Source: an uncultured bacterium
GTDB lineage: Bacteria; Patescibacteriota; Minisyncoccia; Phycocordibacterales; UBA9973
Assembly: GCA_903929735.1 (NCBI GenBank)
Contig: CAIYVW010000022.1
Span: forward strand, 1-59,398
Direction of reading: 5' to 3'
Length of the DNA: 59,398 nucleotides
Shown here: positions 26,032 to 34,488 of the stretch, piece after piece
Layout: each line of letters opens with the position of its first letter
Numbering within the stretch: the first letter of the stretch is position 1
Notes under the pieces: model-generated
Seen by the model: only the letters and a program-made list of their open reading frames with translations
Databases searched by the model: none
Told to the model about the DNA's origin: nothing
Program-made: the position numbers and the translations under genes

Positions 26032-27207
26032 CTATTTACTTCTTAATATCTTATCCATCTTTGCTGCTAGTTTAACCATATCAGCTTCTTTCTTTCCACG
26101 AGTTGTTTCGGCGCAAGTACCTAGACGAATTCCTGATGGATCCATAGGAGAACGCGTATCACCTGGAATGGTATTCATATTTACAATTATTCCTTCCTTC
26201 TCAAGCTTTATACTAGCATCCTTGCCTGGTATACCCGAACCATCCATCCATGTGTCTACAAGTATAAGGTGCGAATCTGTACCACCTGAAATAATATGCC
26301 AACCTAATTTTTGTAATTCTTTGGCTAGGACTTTTGCATTCTTCACTACTTGCTTTGCATACTTTTTAAATTCAGGCTTTGAAGCTTCGAGGAATGCGAC
26401 AGCTGCTGCTGCAATAGTATTCTCATGTGGACCACCGAAAAGTCCAGGAATAACCATCTTGTCTAATTTCTTATCGAATTCTCGTGCATCTTTCTTTACA
26501 AATAAAATCGCATGTCTTGGTCCGCGAAGTGACTTATGAGTAGTAGTCATGACAGAGTCAGCATATGGGAATGGTGATGGATAAGCTCCTCCTGCGACAA
26601 GCCCTGCGAAGTGAGACATGTCTACATGAAGAAGCGCTCCACATGCATCAGCAATCTCTCTAAACTTTTTAAAGTCTACGACTCGTGGGTATGCCGTAAA
26701 GCCTGCCACAATAATATTGGGCTTTTCTTCTATTGCTAGTTTCTTGATTGCATCATAGTTAATAACTTCTGTATCTTTATCAAGTTCAAATTGAACTGGC
26801 TTCCAAAGTTTACCTGTCATTGAACCAGGGTACCCATGAGTAAGATGTCCTCCTGACGAAAGCTTCATACCCATTATCTTTCCACCAATAGGGACAAGAG
26901 CAGAGTAAAGCGCAAAGTTTGCAGGAGAGCCTGACAGAAGTTGAACATTTACATGCCAGTCAGTTGGTTTAAGTTTGAAAAGTTTTAAAGCACGAGCTAT
27001 AGCTAAATTCTCTACTTGGTCTACAACCTGATTTCCACCATAGTACCTTCTTCCCGGATATCCTTCTGCGTATTTATTCGTAAGCTTAGAACCAAGAGCC
27101 TTAAGTACATCGTCTGAAACAATATTCTCAGAAGCGATCAAATTCACAACACTTTTTTGCCTCTTCTCTTCTTCTTTTATGAGTTTCTCTATTTGTTTAT
27201 CCCGCAT
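26032..27207 (-). CDS. glyA: Serine hydroxymethyltransferase
   Basis: PLP-lysine motif VMTTTHKSLRGPR, LIASENIVS and YPGRRYYGG motifs. Confidence 0.93.
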   Translation of the reverse strand: MRDKQIEKLIKEEEKRQKSVVNLIASENIVSDDVLKALGSKLTNKYAEGYPGRRYYGGNQVVDQVENLAIARALKLFKLKPTDWHVNVQLLSGSPANFALYSALVPIGGKIMGMKLSSGGHLTHGYPGSMTGKLWKPVQFELDKDTEVINYDAIKKLAIEEKPNIIVAGFTAYPRVVDFKKFREIADACGALLHVDMSHFAGLVAGGAYPSPFPYADSVMTTTHKSLRGPRHAILFVKKDAREFDKKLDKMVIPGLFGGPHENTIAAAAVAFLEASKPEFKKYAKQVVKNAKVLAKELQKLGWHIISGGTDSHLILVDTWMDGSGIPGKDASIKLEKEGIIVNMNTIPGDTRSPMDPSGIRLGTCAETTRGKKEADMVKLAAKMDKILRSK

Positions 27208-27272
27208 ATATTTATATGGTGATTAGATTGTTAATAAACTAATTTTAGCACAATTATAAGGTACAGTAAAAG

Positions 27273-27300
27273 TTGTTAAAATAACCCCACAAGGTATAAT
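27273..27300 (+). promoter_or_regulatory. Putative promoter of thyA-folA, giving a leaderless or near-leaderless transcript
   Basis: TTGTTA (27273..27278), a 16-nt spacer, then TATAAT (27295..27300). The ATG follows 6 nt later and there is no Shine-Dalgarno sequence. Confidence 0.45.
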
Positions 27301-27306
27301 AATCAC

Positions 27307-28179
27307 ATGAGAACTTATTTAGATATAGTTGAAAAAATATTAAAAGAAGGCAAAAAGGTTGAGACTAGAACTGGTATCAAAGCCTATACTATAGCAGGGG
27401 CTATATTTGAACATGATATGTCGAAAGGATTCCCTTTGCTTACAACAAAGAAAACTCCTTTTAAGTTAGTTGCAACGGAATTAGAATTTTTTATAAAAGG
27501 AATTACTGATAAGAAATGGCTACAGGATAAGAATAATCATATCTGGGATGAGTGGGCAAAACCACAACTCGCCCCTTATGGACACGACGAAGAGTCAAAA
27601 AAGAAAATGCTAGAAGAGAGAGATTTGGGTCCTATTTATGGATTCCAGTGGAGACATTTTAATGCTCCGTACGAAAATTATAATACCGATTATACAGATA
27701 AAGGAATCGACCAATTAAAAAAGATTATTGAGACACTAAAAACAAATCCACGAGACAGAAGAATGATAATTAGTGCATGGAATCCTCAACAATTCGGTGA
27801 GATGGCTCTCCCCCCTTGTCATTATTCTTTTCAGATAACAGTTATAGAAGACAAGCTGAACTTACTCTGGAATCAAAGATCTGTAGACACAATGCTAGGA
27901 CTGCCATTCAACATTGCCAGTTATGCCTTAATGCTTCATTTACTTGCAAAAGAGACAGGACTAAAGGAAGGTAAGCTTGTAGGATTTTTAGCAGATGTGC
28001 ATATATATGAAAATCATATTAATGGAGCACGTGAACAATTAACTAGAGACCCAGAAAAATTTCCTCTTCCAACAATAGAAACAGAAAATTGGCAATCCAT
28101 CTTCGAATGGGAAGCAGCTAATACAAAATTATTAAATTACCAAAGCTACGACAAAATTCCATTTGAAATAGCAATATAA
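27307..28179 (+). CDS. thyA: Thymidylate synthase (ThyA, folate-dependent)
   Basis: Catalytic Cys in ALPPCHYSFQ, plus DLGPIYGFQWRHF, WNQRSVDTMLGLPFNIASYAL (Asp and Asn retained) and DVHIYENH. Confidence 0.93.
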   Translation: MRTYLDIVEKILKEGKKVETRTGIKAYTIAGAIFEHDMSKGFPLLTTKKTPFKLVATELEFFIKGITDKKWLQDKNNHIWDEWAKPQLAPYGHDEESKKKMLEERDLGPIYGFQWRHFNAPYENYNTDYTDKGIDQLKKIIETLKTNPRDRRMIISAWNPQQFGEMALPPCHYSFQITVIEDKLNLLWNQRSVDTMLGLPFNIASYALMLHLLAKETGLKEGKLVGFLADVHIYENHINGAREQLTRDPEKFPLPTIETENWQSIFEWEAANTKLLNYQSYDKIPFEIAI

Positions 28180-28183
28180 CAAC

Positions 28184-28717
28184 ATGATCTTATCTATAAT
28201 ATCCGCCATCGCAAATAATAATGAAATTGGAAAAAAGAATGATCTTTTATGGAACTTACCTATTGATATGAAGCATTTCAAAGAAACCACAAGTGGTCAT
28301 CCTGTCATTATGGGGCAAAGAACATTTGAATCTCTCGGTATTGGTCCAGATGGCAAACCCGGCAAACCTCTCCCAAATAGAAGAAACATTGTACTAACTC
28401 TTGATAAGGAATTTAAAAGAGAAGGAATAGAAGTCTATTACGGAATAGAGAAACTAGAAAAAGAATTGAATGAGACAATGGGAAAGGAAGAGGAAGCCTT
28501 TATCATAGGAGGAGGTCAGATATACAAGCTTTTCATAGATAAAGCCGATAGACTATATATAACACATGTCGATGCAAATTTCCCTGATGCTGATACTCTC
28601 TTCCCTGCTATCGATCAGAGTAAATGGAAAATAACATTTGAAGATAAACACGAAAAGGACGAAAAAAATATTTATGATGTGAATTTTATAATCTATGAAA
28701 AAATAAAATCCGCTTAA
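28184..28717 (+). CDS. folA: Dihydrofolate reductase
   Basis: IGKKNDLLWNLPIDMKHFKETT, MGQRTFESLG and IIGGGQIY motifs. Starts 4 nt downstream of thyA. Confidence 0.88.
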   Translation: MILSIISAIANNNEIGKKNDLLWNLPIDMKHFKETTSGHPVIMGQRTFESLGIGPDGKPGKPLPNRRNIVLTLDKEFKREGIEVYYGIEKLEKELNETMGKEEEAFIIGGGQIYKLFIDKADRLYITHVDANFPDADTLFPAIDQSKWKITFEDKHEKDEKNIYDVNFIIYEKIKSA

Positions 28718-28730
28718 TGCGGATTTTATT
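28702..28730. terminator. Bidirectional terminator hairpin (12-bp perfect stem)
   Basis: AATAAAATCCGC / GCGGATTTTATT with loop TTAAT. The loop contains the folA stop codon. Lies between convergent genes. Confidence 0.65.
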
Positions 28731-29059
28731 TATGGATCTATATCTGTTTTTACTCTAATAAAAATGTCTTTACCATCTGGAGATTTTGACTTCAAGTATT
28801 TACGATTTTTGTTGGTCTCTATCTTGTTTAGTAATTCTTTCTCTAAATCATAGCCAAGTATCTCACAAATTCCCAACAGAAAGATAGCGACATCTGCAAA
28901 CTCTTCAGCAACTCCATCTTGATTCTTATTAAATTTAGAAAAGGCTTCTGAAAGCTCTTCATGGGCTCGACAAAATTCAATAGCTACGTCAGTAGTATTA
29001 AATCCTTTTTCTATTTTATTTCTCATTACTTCTTTTTGTAGTTCTTTAAGATTTACCAT
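28730..29059 (-). CDS. MazG-like all-alpha nucleotide pyrophosphohydrolase
   Basis: 109 aa with the pattern EELSEAF ... EEFADVAIFLLGICEILGYDLE, typical of small MazG/NTP-PPase proteins. Confidence 0.6.
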   Translation of the reverse strand: MVNLKELQKEVMRNKIEKGFNTTDVAIEFCRAHEELSEAFSKFNKNQDGVAEEFADVAIFLLGICEILGYDLEKELLNKIETNKNRKYLKSKSPDGKDIFIRVKTDIDP

Positions 29060-29064
29060 ATATC

Positions 29065-29568
29065 TTACATGTTTGGATATGTTTCCATTTTATTATTTAA
29101 TAATTGAAATTCAATCTTTGCTTCTTTAAAAATTTCTTTAGTTCTCGATGCTCCATGATAATCAGTAGCAGCAACCACTCGAATTATTCCTGAATTTATT
29201 ATACTTTGAGCACATTTATAGCATGGGGCCATTTTACAATATAAAGTACCACCTTCTATTGAGACACCTACTCTAGCAGCATTATTTATAGCATTCTGCT
29301 CAGCATGACTAGTTCGAATACAATGTTTAGAGATTGTTCCATTTTCAGCTGTTACAGTATGCAATTCATGTCCTATTTCGTCACAACTTGGTAAACTTAC
29401 AGGTGCTCCTACATAACCTGTAGAAAGAATCCTTTTATTTTTTGTAATTACTGATCCTGCGTAGCCACGATCACAAGTACCTCTAGAACCAACTAATTCT
29501 GCCAACTGAATAAAATATTCATCCCAAGTTGGTCTGATATGAACTACTTTTTTATCATTGTCTACCAT
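29065..29568 (-). CDS. dCMP deaminase (ComEB-type cytidine/deoxycytidylate deaminase)
   Basis: Zinc motifs SHAEQNAI and APCYKCAQ. Typical N-terminus RPTWDEYFIQLAELVGSRGTC. Confidence 0.88.
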   Translation of the reverse strand: MVDNDKKVVHIRPTWDEYFIQLAELVGSRGTCDRGYAGSVITKNKRILSTGYVGAPVSLPSCDEIGHELHTVTAENGTISKHCIRTSHAEQNAINNAARVGVSIEGGTLYCKMAPCYKCAQSIINSGIIRVVAATDYHGASRTKEIFKEAKIEFQLLNNKMETYPNM

Positions 29569-29597
29569 ATTTAATATTATATTATTTATAATAATAT

Positions 29598-30215
29598 TTA
29601 CCTAATAAAGAAAAATCCCAATATCATAGCTACAAAATTTAAGACTGTATGGGAAGCTGATATAAGGATCAAATTCTTATACTGATAATACATCCAAGCA
29701 AAACCTATACCTGCAATAAATGTCATAGGTAAGACAAAAATAGAATTCAGATATATAACATGCATCATAGAGAAAACAGCTGCATTAAGAATTATGATAA
29801 AAATAACACTTTTAAATGTTCTTTCTAGCATATTCATAAGTATTCCTCTGAAAATAATTTCTTGTAAAATACTAAGTGGAATGAATAAAAGAAGGAATTT
29901 TGCATTCTCCCACCATTCTAAAAATTGACCATGCGGAACAATCTGAGCTAACCAAATAAGAAAAAATACACCACCTCCTGTAAAGAGAGAATAAGGTAAA
30001 ATATCCTTCATAAAATTTTTATTAATACCTAAATCTTTATATGTCCAATTTGCATGTTTAACTATTCCAAATAATAACAAAGCTACCGTTAAAAGTAATA
30101 TGAAACGGAAATTACCTGGTAAAATCTTAAAATATAAAAGTAATGTTGGTATTATGAATAGATATAATATCTGAACCCATACTATCTCTTTATTCGTCTT
30201 TGTATTATCCATCAT
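29598..30215 (-). CDS. CPBP-family (CAAX-type) intramembrane metalloprotease
   Basis: Motif 1 LQEIIFRG and a later HxxxN-type motif (ASHTVLNF) in a multi-pass membrane protein. Confidence 0.7.
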   Translation of the reverse strand: MMDNTKTNKEIVWVQILYLFIIPTLLLYFKILPGNFRFILLLTVALLLFGIVKHANWTYKDLGINKNFMKDILPYSLFTGGGVFFLIWLAQIVPHGQFLEWWENAKFLLLFIPLSILQEIIFRGILMNMLERTFKSVIFIIILNAAVFSMMHVIYLNSIFVLPMTFIAGIGFAWMYYQYKNLILISASHTVLNFVAMILGFFFIR

Positions 30216-30234
30216 TCTATTATACTATAGAGAT

Positions 30235-31881
30235 ATGATTAAACTCAAATACATATTAATACTAATTTTACTTCTTTCCTTTACTTCAGAAGTATATGCT
30301 CTTGATATACAGTATGGAAGTATAAAAGGATATCAAGGGTCTAATGTATTAATCGAATATTATGGCTTAGGGAAAAAGAAAGATTATGTTTGTAATATTT
30401 TAAATTATAAATGTACAAATACTAAAAAAACAGTTTTAGGTAAAACAAATATTCCAATACTAGATACTTCTATTAAAAAAGAAGTTGAAGACCACAAAGG
30501 AGGTCGAGCAACTCTTTCCCCAAAAGGTAATTGGTTGGCTTATTATATAAAACCTCAAGAAACAACAAAAACACGTACCTATATTATAAAAAATATTAAA
30601 AACGGTACTGAGTATTCTACATCTAGTAGTGTAAATTATTGGGACCTAGTAAACGAGGAAAAGAAAGTTTTTGAATTTTCTCCAGACGAGAAGACTCTTA
30701 TTTATCTAGATGATAAAAGTGGATTCATGTCTTTATATAAAGTTGATTTAAATTCTCTGATAAATGGCAAGATAGAAAGTGTAGTAATAAATAGTGCAGC
30801 CTACACTATATCTAGTTTTATTTATGATAATTCTTCAAATATTTATTATGTTGGTAATAGTAAAGATAATCCCTACAAATGGTCACTGTACCATATGGAT
30901 TTAAATACGAACAAAGAAAACATAGTGGAATCTTATGTGTCTTACACAGACCCAATAACTAAGATAGGTTCTGCTTTAATATTTAATCGTTTACAAAACA
31001 AAGGTTATGGTCCTGAAATTTACAATCTAAAAACTAAAAAGATTGCTTATTTTAAAATTCCAAACATAAATACAAAAATTAATATACAGCACGAAGAATA
31101 TGTAAAAGTTGGAAATTCCAATGCTGTTGTTATGACTCCTTTGCCTTATAATCCAAAGAAAACTTACCCTGTACTGATATGGCTCCACGGTGGACCACTA
31201 AGGCAGACTAGCCTAGGGTACCACCCATATCATAGTTACGGTATATATGATGCCTCATTAAAATTACTACAGAAAAATAATGTAATAATACTTAAGCTAG
31301 ACTATATAGGAAGCACTGGTAATGGACGAGCTTATTCTGAAAAAATACAAGGCAATGTAGGAACCGGAGATATAAATAATGTTATGGAAGCAGTAACATA
31401 CCTACGCAATCAATACCATGTCAGTGACGTTTACCTTGCAGGTAATAGCTACGGAGGATATATGTCGCTTAAAGCGCTTGTTGAACATGATGATACCTTC
31501 AAGAGTATAACTTCTATTAATGGAGTAACAGACTGGGAAAGTTTGATAGTTAAAATGAAGACTTCTATATTCAACACAGAATTCAATGGAGTACCTGATG
31601 GAATGAATAAAAATCTATATGACCAGGCTTCGATTATAAATAAAATCAGAAATTTAGGAAATCAAAAGATAGAAATAATTCAAGGTGGAGCAGACGACAC
31701 CATACCCCCTTGGCAATCAGTTCTTTTATATGACAAATTAAAAGCAGCTAATAAAAATGTAACCCTAGATACTTACAAAGGAGAAAATCATGTTTTCAAA
31801 TTAAAGAAAAATATAGGGAGTATATGTGTTAAACTTTTTGGAATGACAGGAATAAAAAATACAAAAGAGTGTACTAATTAA
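30235..31881 (+). CDS. Secreted S9-family (prolyl oligopeptidase/dipeptidyl peptidase-like) serine hydrolase
   Basis: Signal peptide, a beta-propeller-like N-terminal half and an alpha/beta-hydrolase C-terminal half with LIWLHGGP, nucleophile elbow GNSYGGYM, GGADD and ENHVF. Confidence 0.75.
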   Translation: MIKLKYILILILLLSFTSEVYALDIQYGSIKGYQGSNVLIEYYGLGKKKDYVCNILNYKCTNTKKTVLGKTNIPILDTSIKKEVEDHKGGRATLSPKGNWLAYYIKPQETTKTRTYIIKNIKNGTEYSTSSSVNYWDLVNEEKKVFEFSPDEKTLIYLDDKSGFMSLYKVDLNSLINGKIESVVINSAAYTISSFIYDNSSNIYYVGNSKDNPYKWSLYHMDLNTNKENIVESYVSYTDPITKIGSALIFNRLQNKGYGPEIYNLKTKKIAYFKIPNINTKINIQHEEYVKVGNSNAVVMTPLPYNPKKTYPVLIWLHGGPLRQTSLGYHPYHSYGIYDASLKLLQKNNVIILKLDYIGSTGNGRAYSEKIQGNVGTGDINNVMEAVTYLRNQYHVSDVYLAGNSYGGYMSLKALVEHDDTFKSITSINGVTDWESLIVKMKTSIFNTEFNGVPDGMNKNLYDQASIINKIRNLGNQKIEIIQGGADDTIPPWQSVLLYDKLKAANKNVTLDTYKGENHVFKLKKNIGSICVKLFGMTGIKNTKECTN

Positions 31882-31893
31882 TTTTAATAAATT

Positions 31894-31947
31894 AAAAATA
31901 CCATTATATATTTTAAGCAATTGCCTAAAATATATAATGGTATTTTT
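31894..31947. terminator. Bidirectional terminator (perfect 22-bp stem)
   Basis: AAAAATACCATTATATATTTTA / TAAAATATATAATGGTATTTTT with a 10-nt loop, between convergent genes. Confidence 0.7.
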
Positions 31948-31953
31948 TAAAAT

Positions 31954-32382
31954 TTAATTTACTTTAACTTGTCCTTGAAATGCAGGTCTTATTTGAATTG
32001 AAGTTGCGTTGAAACTTCCGTCAGGATTTGAAGTACCCATAATCATAACAGACTTACCAACAGCAACGTCAGATGTTATACCATCAACTGTTTTTTCAAC
32101 TTTAGTTGAAGGAGAGAATAGAACTATTGTTGAACCCCCCGAACGTAATGAAACAGTCAGACTCTTGCCATCATTAGATAGAATCTGACCTGAAACTACT
32201 CCTCCATTGGTACTTCCTCTCATACCTTTACCTCCTCCGTTTTGACTAAAACTACCTTGTCCACGACTCGCAACTTGAAGAGAATTATTCTTGGAAGCAT
32301 CATACTTCATTCCTCCCCAGAAACTAACACCAGCAATAACTAAACAAACTACTACATATAAGACTATATTTTTATTTTGCAT
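31954..32382 (-). CDS. Membrane-anchored/secreted protein with a Gly-rich linker and a C-terminal beta-rich domain
   Basis: N-terminal TM/signal anchor IVLYVVVCLVIAGVSFWGG. C-terminal segment GVVSGQILSNDGKSLTV...VMIMGTSNPDGSFNATSIQIRP resembles the C-terminus of the 36135..36656 product. Confidence 0.55.
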   Translation of the reverse strand: MQNKNIVLYVVVCLVIAGVSFWGGMKYDASKNNSLQVASRGQGSFSQNGGGKGMRGSTNGGVVSGQILSNDGKSLTVSLRSGGSTIVLFSPSTKVEKTVDGITSDVAVGKSVMIMGTSNPDGSFNATSIQIRPAFQGQVKVN

Positions 32383-32390
32383 ATATTTTA

Positions 32391-32490
32391 CTAAGATACG
32401 TAATTAAATATAAAATTTTTTAATGGTCTGGCCCCTCGTCCTTCCTCGTCCGAGGACCTGAAAAAATTTTGATATTTAATGAGGTATCTA
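32391..32490. repeat. Imperfect ~100-nt palindrome with AT-rich arms and a GC-rich core
   Basis: Arms 32391..32421 and 32461..32490 are about 25/29 complementary. The core GGTCTGGCCCCTCGTCCTTCCTCGTCCGAGGACC holds CTCGTCC twice. Confidence 0.5.
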
Positions 32491-32512
32491 TTTATATTAT
32501 TAATAATAATCT

Positions 32513-32549
32513 AGAGGTACAACCTCTGGGTCCAGCTTGAAGTTGGACC
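32513..32549 (-). terminator. Two adjacent short hairpins directly after the ABC permease stop codon
   Basis: AGAGGT-aca-ACCTCT (32513..32527) and GGTCCA-gcttgaagt-TGGACC (29..49 of the 325xx block). They are followed on the minus strand by an A/T-rich tract, not a clean U-run. Confidence 0.4.
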
Positions 32550-32553
32550 TCTA

Positions 32554-33783
32554 CTACTCATACCTCAAAGCATCAATTGGGTTTAACTTTGATGCACGTT
32601 GAGCAGGATAGTAACCAAAAACAATTCCGATAAAAGCTGAAACTCCAAAAGCGAGCAACACAGAAGAAAGAGAGACTTGAGCTTGGAGTATTCCAAAATA
32701 CGTTATTCCAAAAGAGACTCCCCACCCAAGAATTACTCCAATAACACCTCCAATAAATGTAAGCATCACCGCTTCAACTAAAAACTGAATATTTACATCT
32801 CTTCTCTTAGCTCCTATAGCTTTCCTTAATCCAATTTCTTTTGTTCTTTCTGTTACTGATGTCAGCATCATATTCATAATACCAATACCTCCTACCAATA
32901 AGGAAATACCAGCTATAGCTGAAAGTAACATAGTAAATGTACTGGTCACAGAAGAAGCAGTAGCTATAATATCAGCTTGATTCATAGTACTGAAATCTGC
33001 AGTAGCAGTACCTGATATATGATGACGTCCTAAAAGAGCTGTGGTTATATCATTCTGAACTTGAGTTGTCACATCAGAACTTACTGCAGATACACTAATC
33101 GAAGAAACATATGAATCTCCTGAAAAATATCTTTGAGCAGTAAGAATAGGTATATAAATCATATCATCTGGATTTTGAAAACCAGTACCCCCTTTTGCAA
33201 CTGTTACACCAATTATTTTAAATTGATTACCTTTAATATTAATCACTTGCCCCACAGCACTATCAGATGTAGCATCTGTACCAAAAAGATCCGAGAGAAC
33301 AGTAGGCCCTATAACAGCAACTTTAGCCCCACTTAAATTATTTTGATCTGTAATAAAAGCCCCTTGATCTATAGTTAAGTTACGAACACTTGGATAATCA
33401 GAAGTTGTACCATCTACTGTCGTGTTAGTATTTGTACCCTTAGCAGTAACTTGATAGCGACTTGAAACTTCTGCTGTCACAGACTTAACTCCGCTAATAG
33501 TTTTAAGAGCTTCAACATCTCCTAATGTTAAAGTTTTAGCTGAACCACGTTCTTGTCTAACTTGTTGTCCTACTCCTCTTGGAGCCCCAGGAGAAACAAT
33601 AATTAAATTAGATCCTATTGATTGAATAGAAGATGCAATAGAATTCTGTGCGCCAGTACCAATAGCTGTCATAGAAATAACAGAAGCAATACCAATAATA
33701 ATACCAAGCATCGTAAGTCCGGAGCGAACCTTATTACTTGAAAGAGCCATAAATGTTTCTTCTAAAATATCTTTTGTTTTCAT
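32554..33783 (-). CDS. MacB/FtsX-type ABC transporter permease
   Basis: One N-terminal TM, a large extracytoplasmic domain and three C-terminal TMs. Has the KEIGLRKAIGAKRRDV loop and an NPIDALRYE C-terminus. ATGA overlap with the ATPase gene. Confidence 0.88.
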   Translation of the reverse strand: MKTKDILEETFMALSSNKVRSGLTMLGIIIGIASVISMTAIGTGAQNSIASSIQSIGSNLIIVSPGAPRGVGQQVRQERGSAKTLTLGDVEALKTISGVKSVTAEVSSRYQVTAKGTNTNTTVDGTTSDYPSVRNLTIDQGAFITDQNNLSGAKVAVIGPTVLSDLFGTDATSDSAVGQVINIKGNQFKIIGVTVAKGGTGFQNPDDMIYIPILTAQRYFSGDSYVSSISVSAVSSDVTTQVQNDITTALLGRHHISGTATADFSTMNQADIIATASSVTSTFTMLLSAIAGISLLVGGIGIMNMMLTSVTERTKEIGLRKAIGAKRRDVNIQFLVEAVMLTFIGGVIGVILGWGVSFGITYFGILQAQVSLSSVLLAFGVSAFIGIVFGYYPAQRASKLNPIDALRYE

Positions 33784-34484
33784 AATTTTATTATTTTCTG
33801 CTCATGTAAATTACTATCACTGATAATTAGTCCATCACGTATTGTTATAATACGATCAGCATGTAAAGCTACATCATATTCATGTGTAATAAGTACGATA
33901 GTTCTTCCCTGTTCTTTATTTAATCTTTGAAAAGTACCAAGAACAATCTCTCCTGTTTTAGTATCCAAATTACCTGTTGGCTCATCAGCTAGAATAAGGG
34001 TTGGATTATTTACAAGAGCTCGTGCAATGGCTACACGCTGTATCTGACCACCTGAAAGTTGATTTGATAAATGATAGAAGTGAGATTCATTAAGACCACT
34101 GGCCACAAGAGCTTCTTTAGCTCTTTCTACTCTTTCTTTCTCTCCTACTCCTTCATAAATAAGAGGTAAAACAACATTACGAAGAACAGTAGTTCTAGGA
34201 AGAAGATTAAACGATTGAAAAACGAATCCAATTTTATCTTTACGGATATCGGCAAGTTGATCATCTGTCAAAGTAGAAACATCTTTGCCATCAAGTAAAT
34301 AAGTACCTCCTGTTGGACTATCTAATGCACCTAAAATATGCATAAGAGTAGACTTACCAGAACCAGAAGGTCCCATAATAGCCACAAATTCACCATCTTT
34401 TATATCAAAGCTTACACCTTTTAAAGCCTCAAAAGGTTCCCCTTCTGTCATATATGCTTTTTTAATATTTTTGACTTCTATCAT
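33780..34484 (-). CDS. ABC transporter ATP-binding protein (MacB/LolD-type)
   Basis: Walker [10 protein letters not shown], signature [13 protein letters not shown], Walker [13 protein letters not shown] and H-loop ITHE. Confidence 0.92.
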   Translation of the reverse strand: MIEVKNIKKAYMTEGEPFEALKGVSFDIKDGEFVAIMGPSGSGKSTLMHILGALDSPTGGTYLLDGKDVSTLTDDQLADIRKDKIGFVFQSFNLLPRTTVLRNVVLPLIYEGVGEKERVERAKEALVASGLNESHFYHLSNQLSGGQIQRVAIARALVNNPTLILADEPTGNLDTKTGEIVLGTFQRLNKEQGRTIVLITHEYDVALHADRIITIRDGLIISDSNLHEQKIIKL

Positions 34485-34488
34485 AATA

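Noticed and set aside
26006-26539. 177-aa plus-strand ORF
   Set aside because: It lies entirely antisense to the strongly conserved glyA (SHMT) coding sequence and its translation is low-complexity and hydrophobic with no motifs. This is a typical shadow ORF in a locally GC-richer gene.
27307-28179. ThyA homologue acting as a dUMP/dCMP hydroxymethylase for DNA hypermodification
   Set aside because: The catalytic Cys (PPCH), the Asp/Asn pair in SVDTMLGLPFNIASY (Asn retained, as in dUMP-specific ThyA) and the DVHIYENH motif are all canonical. The adjacent folA also implies DHF production, meaning genuine thymidylate synthesis.
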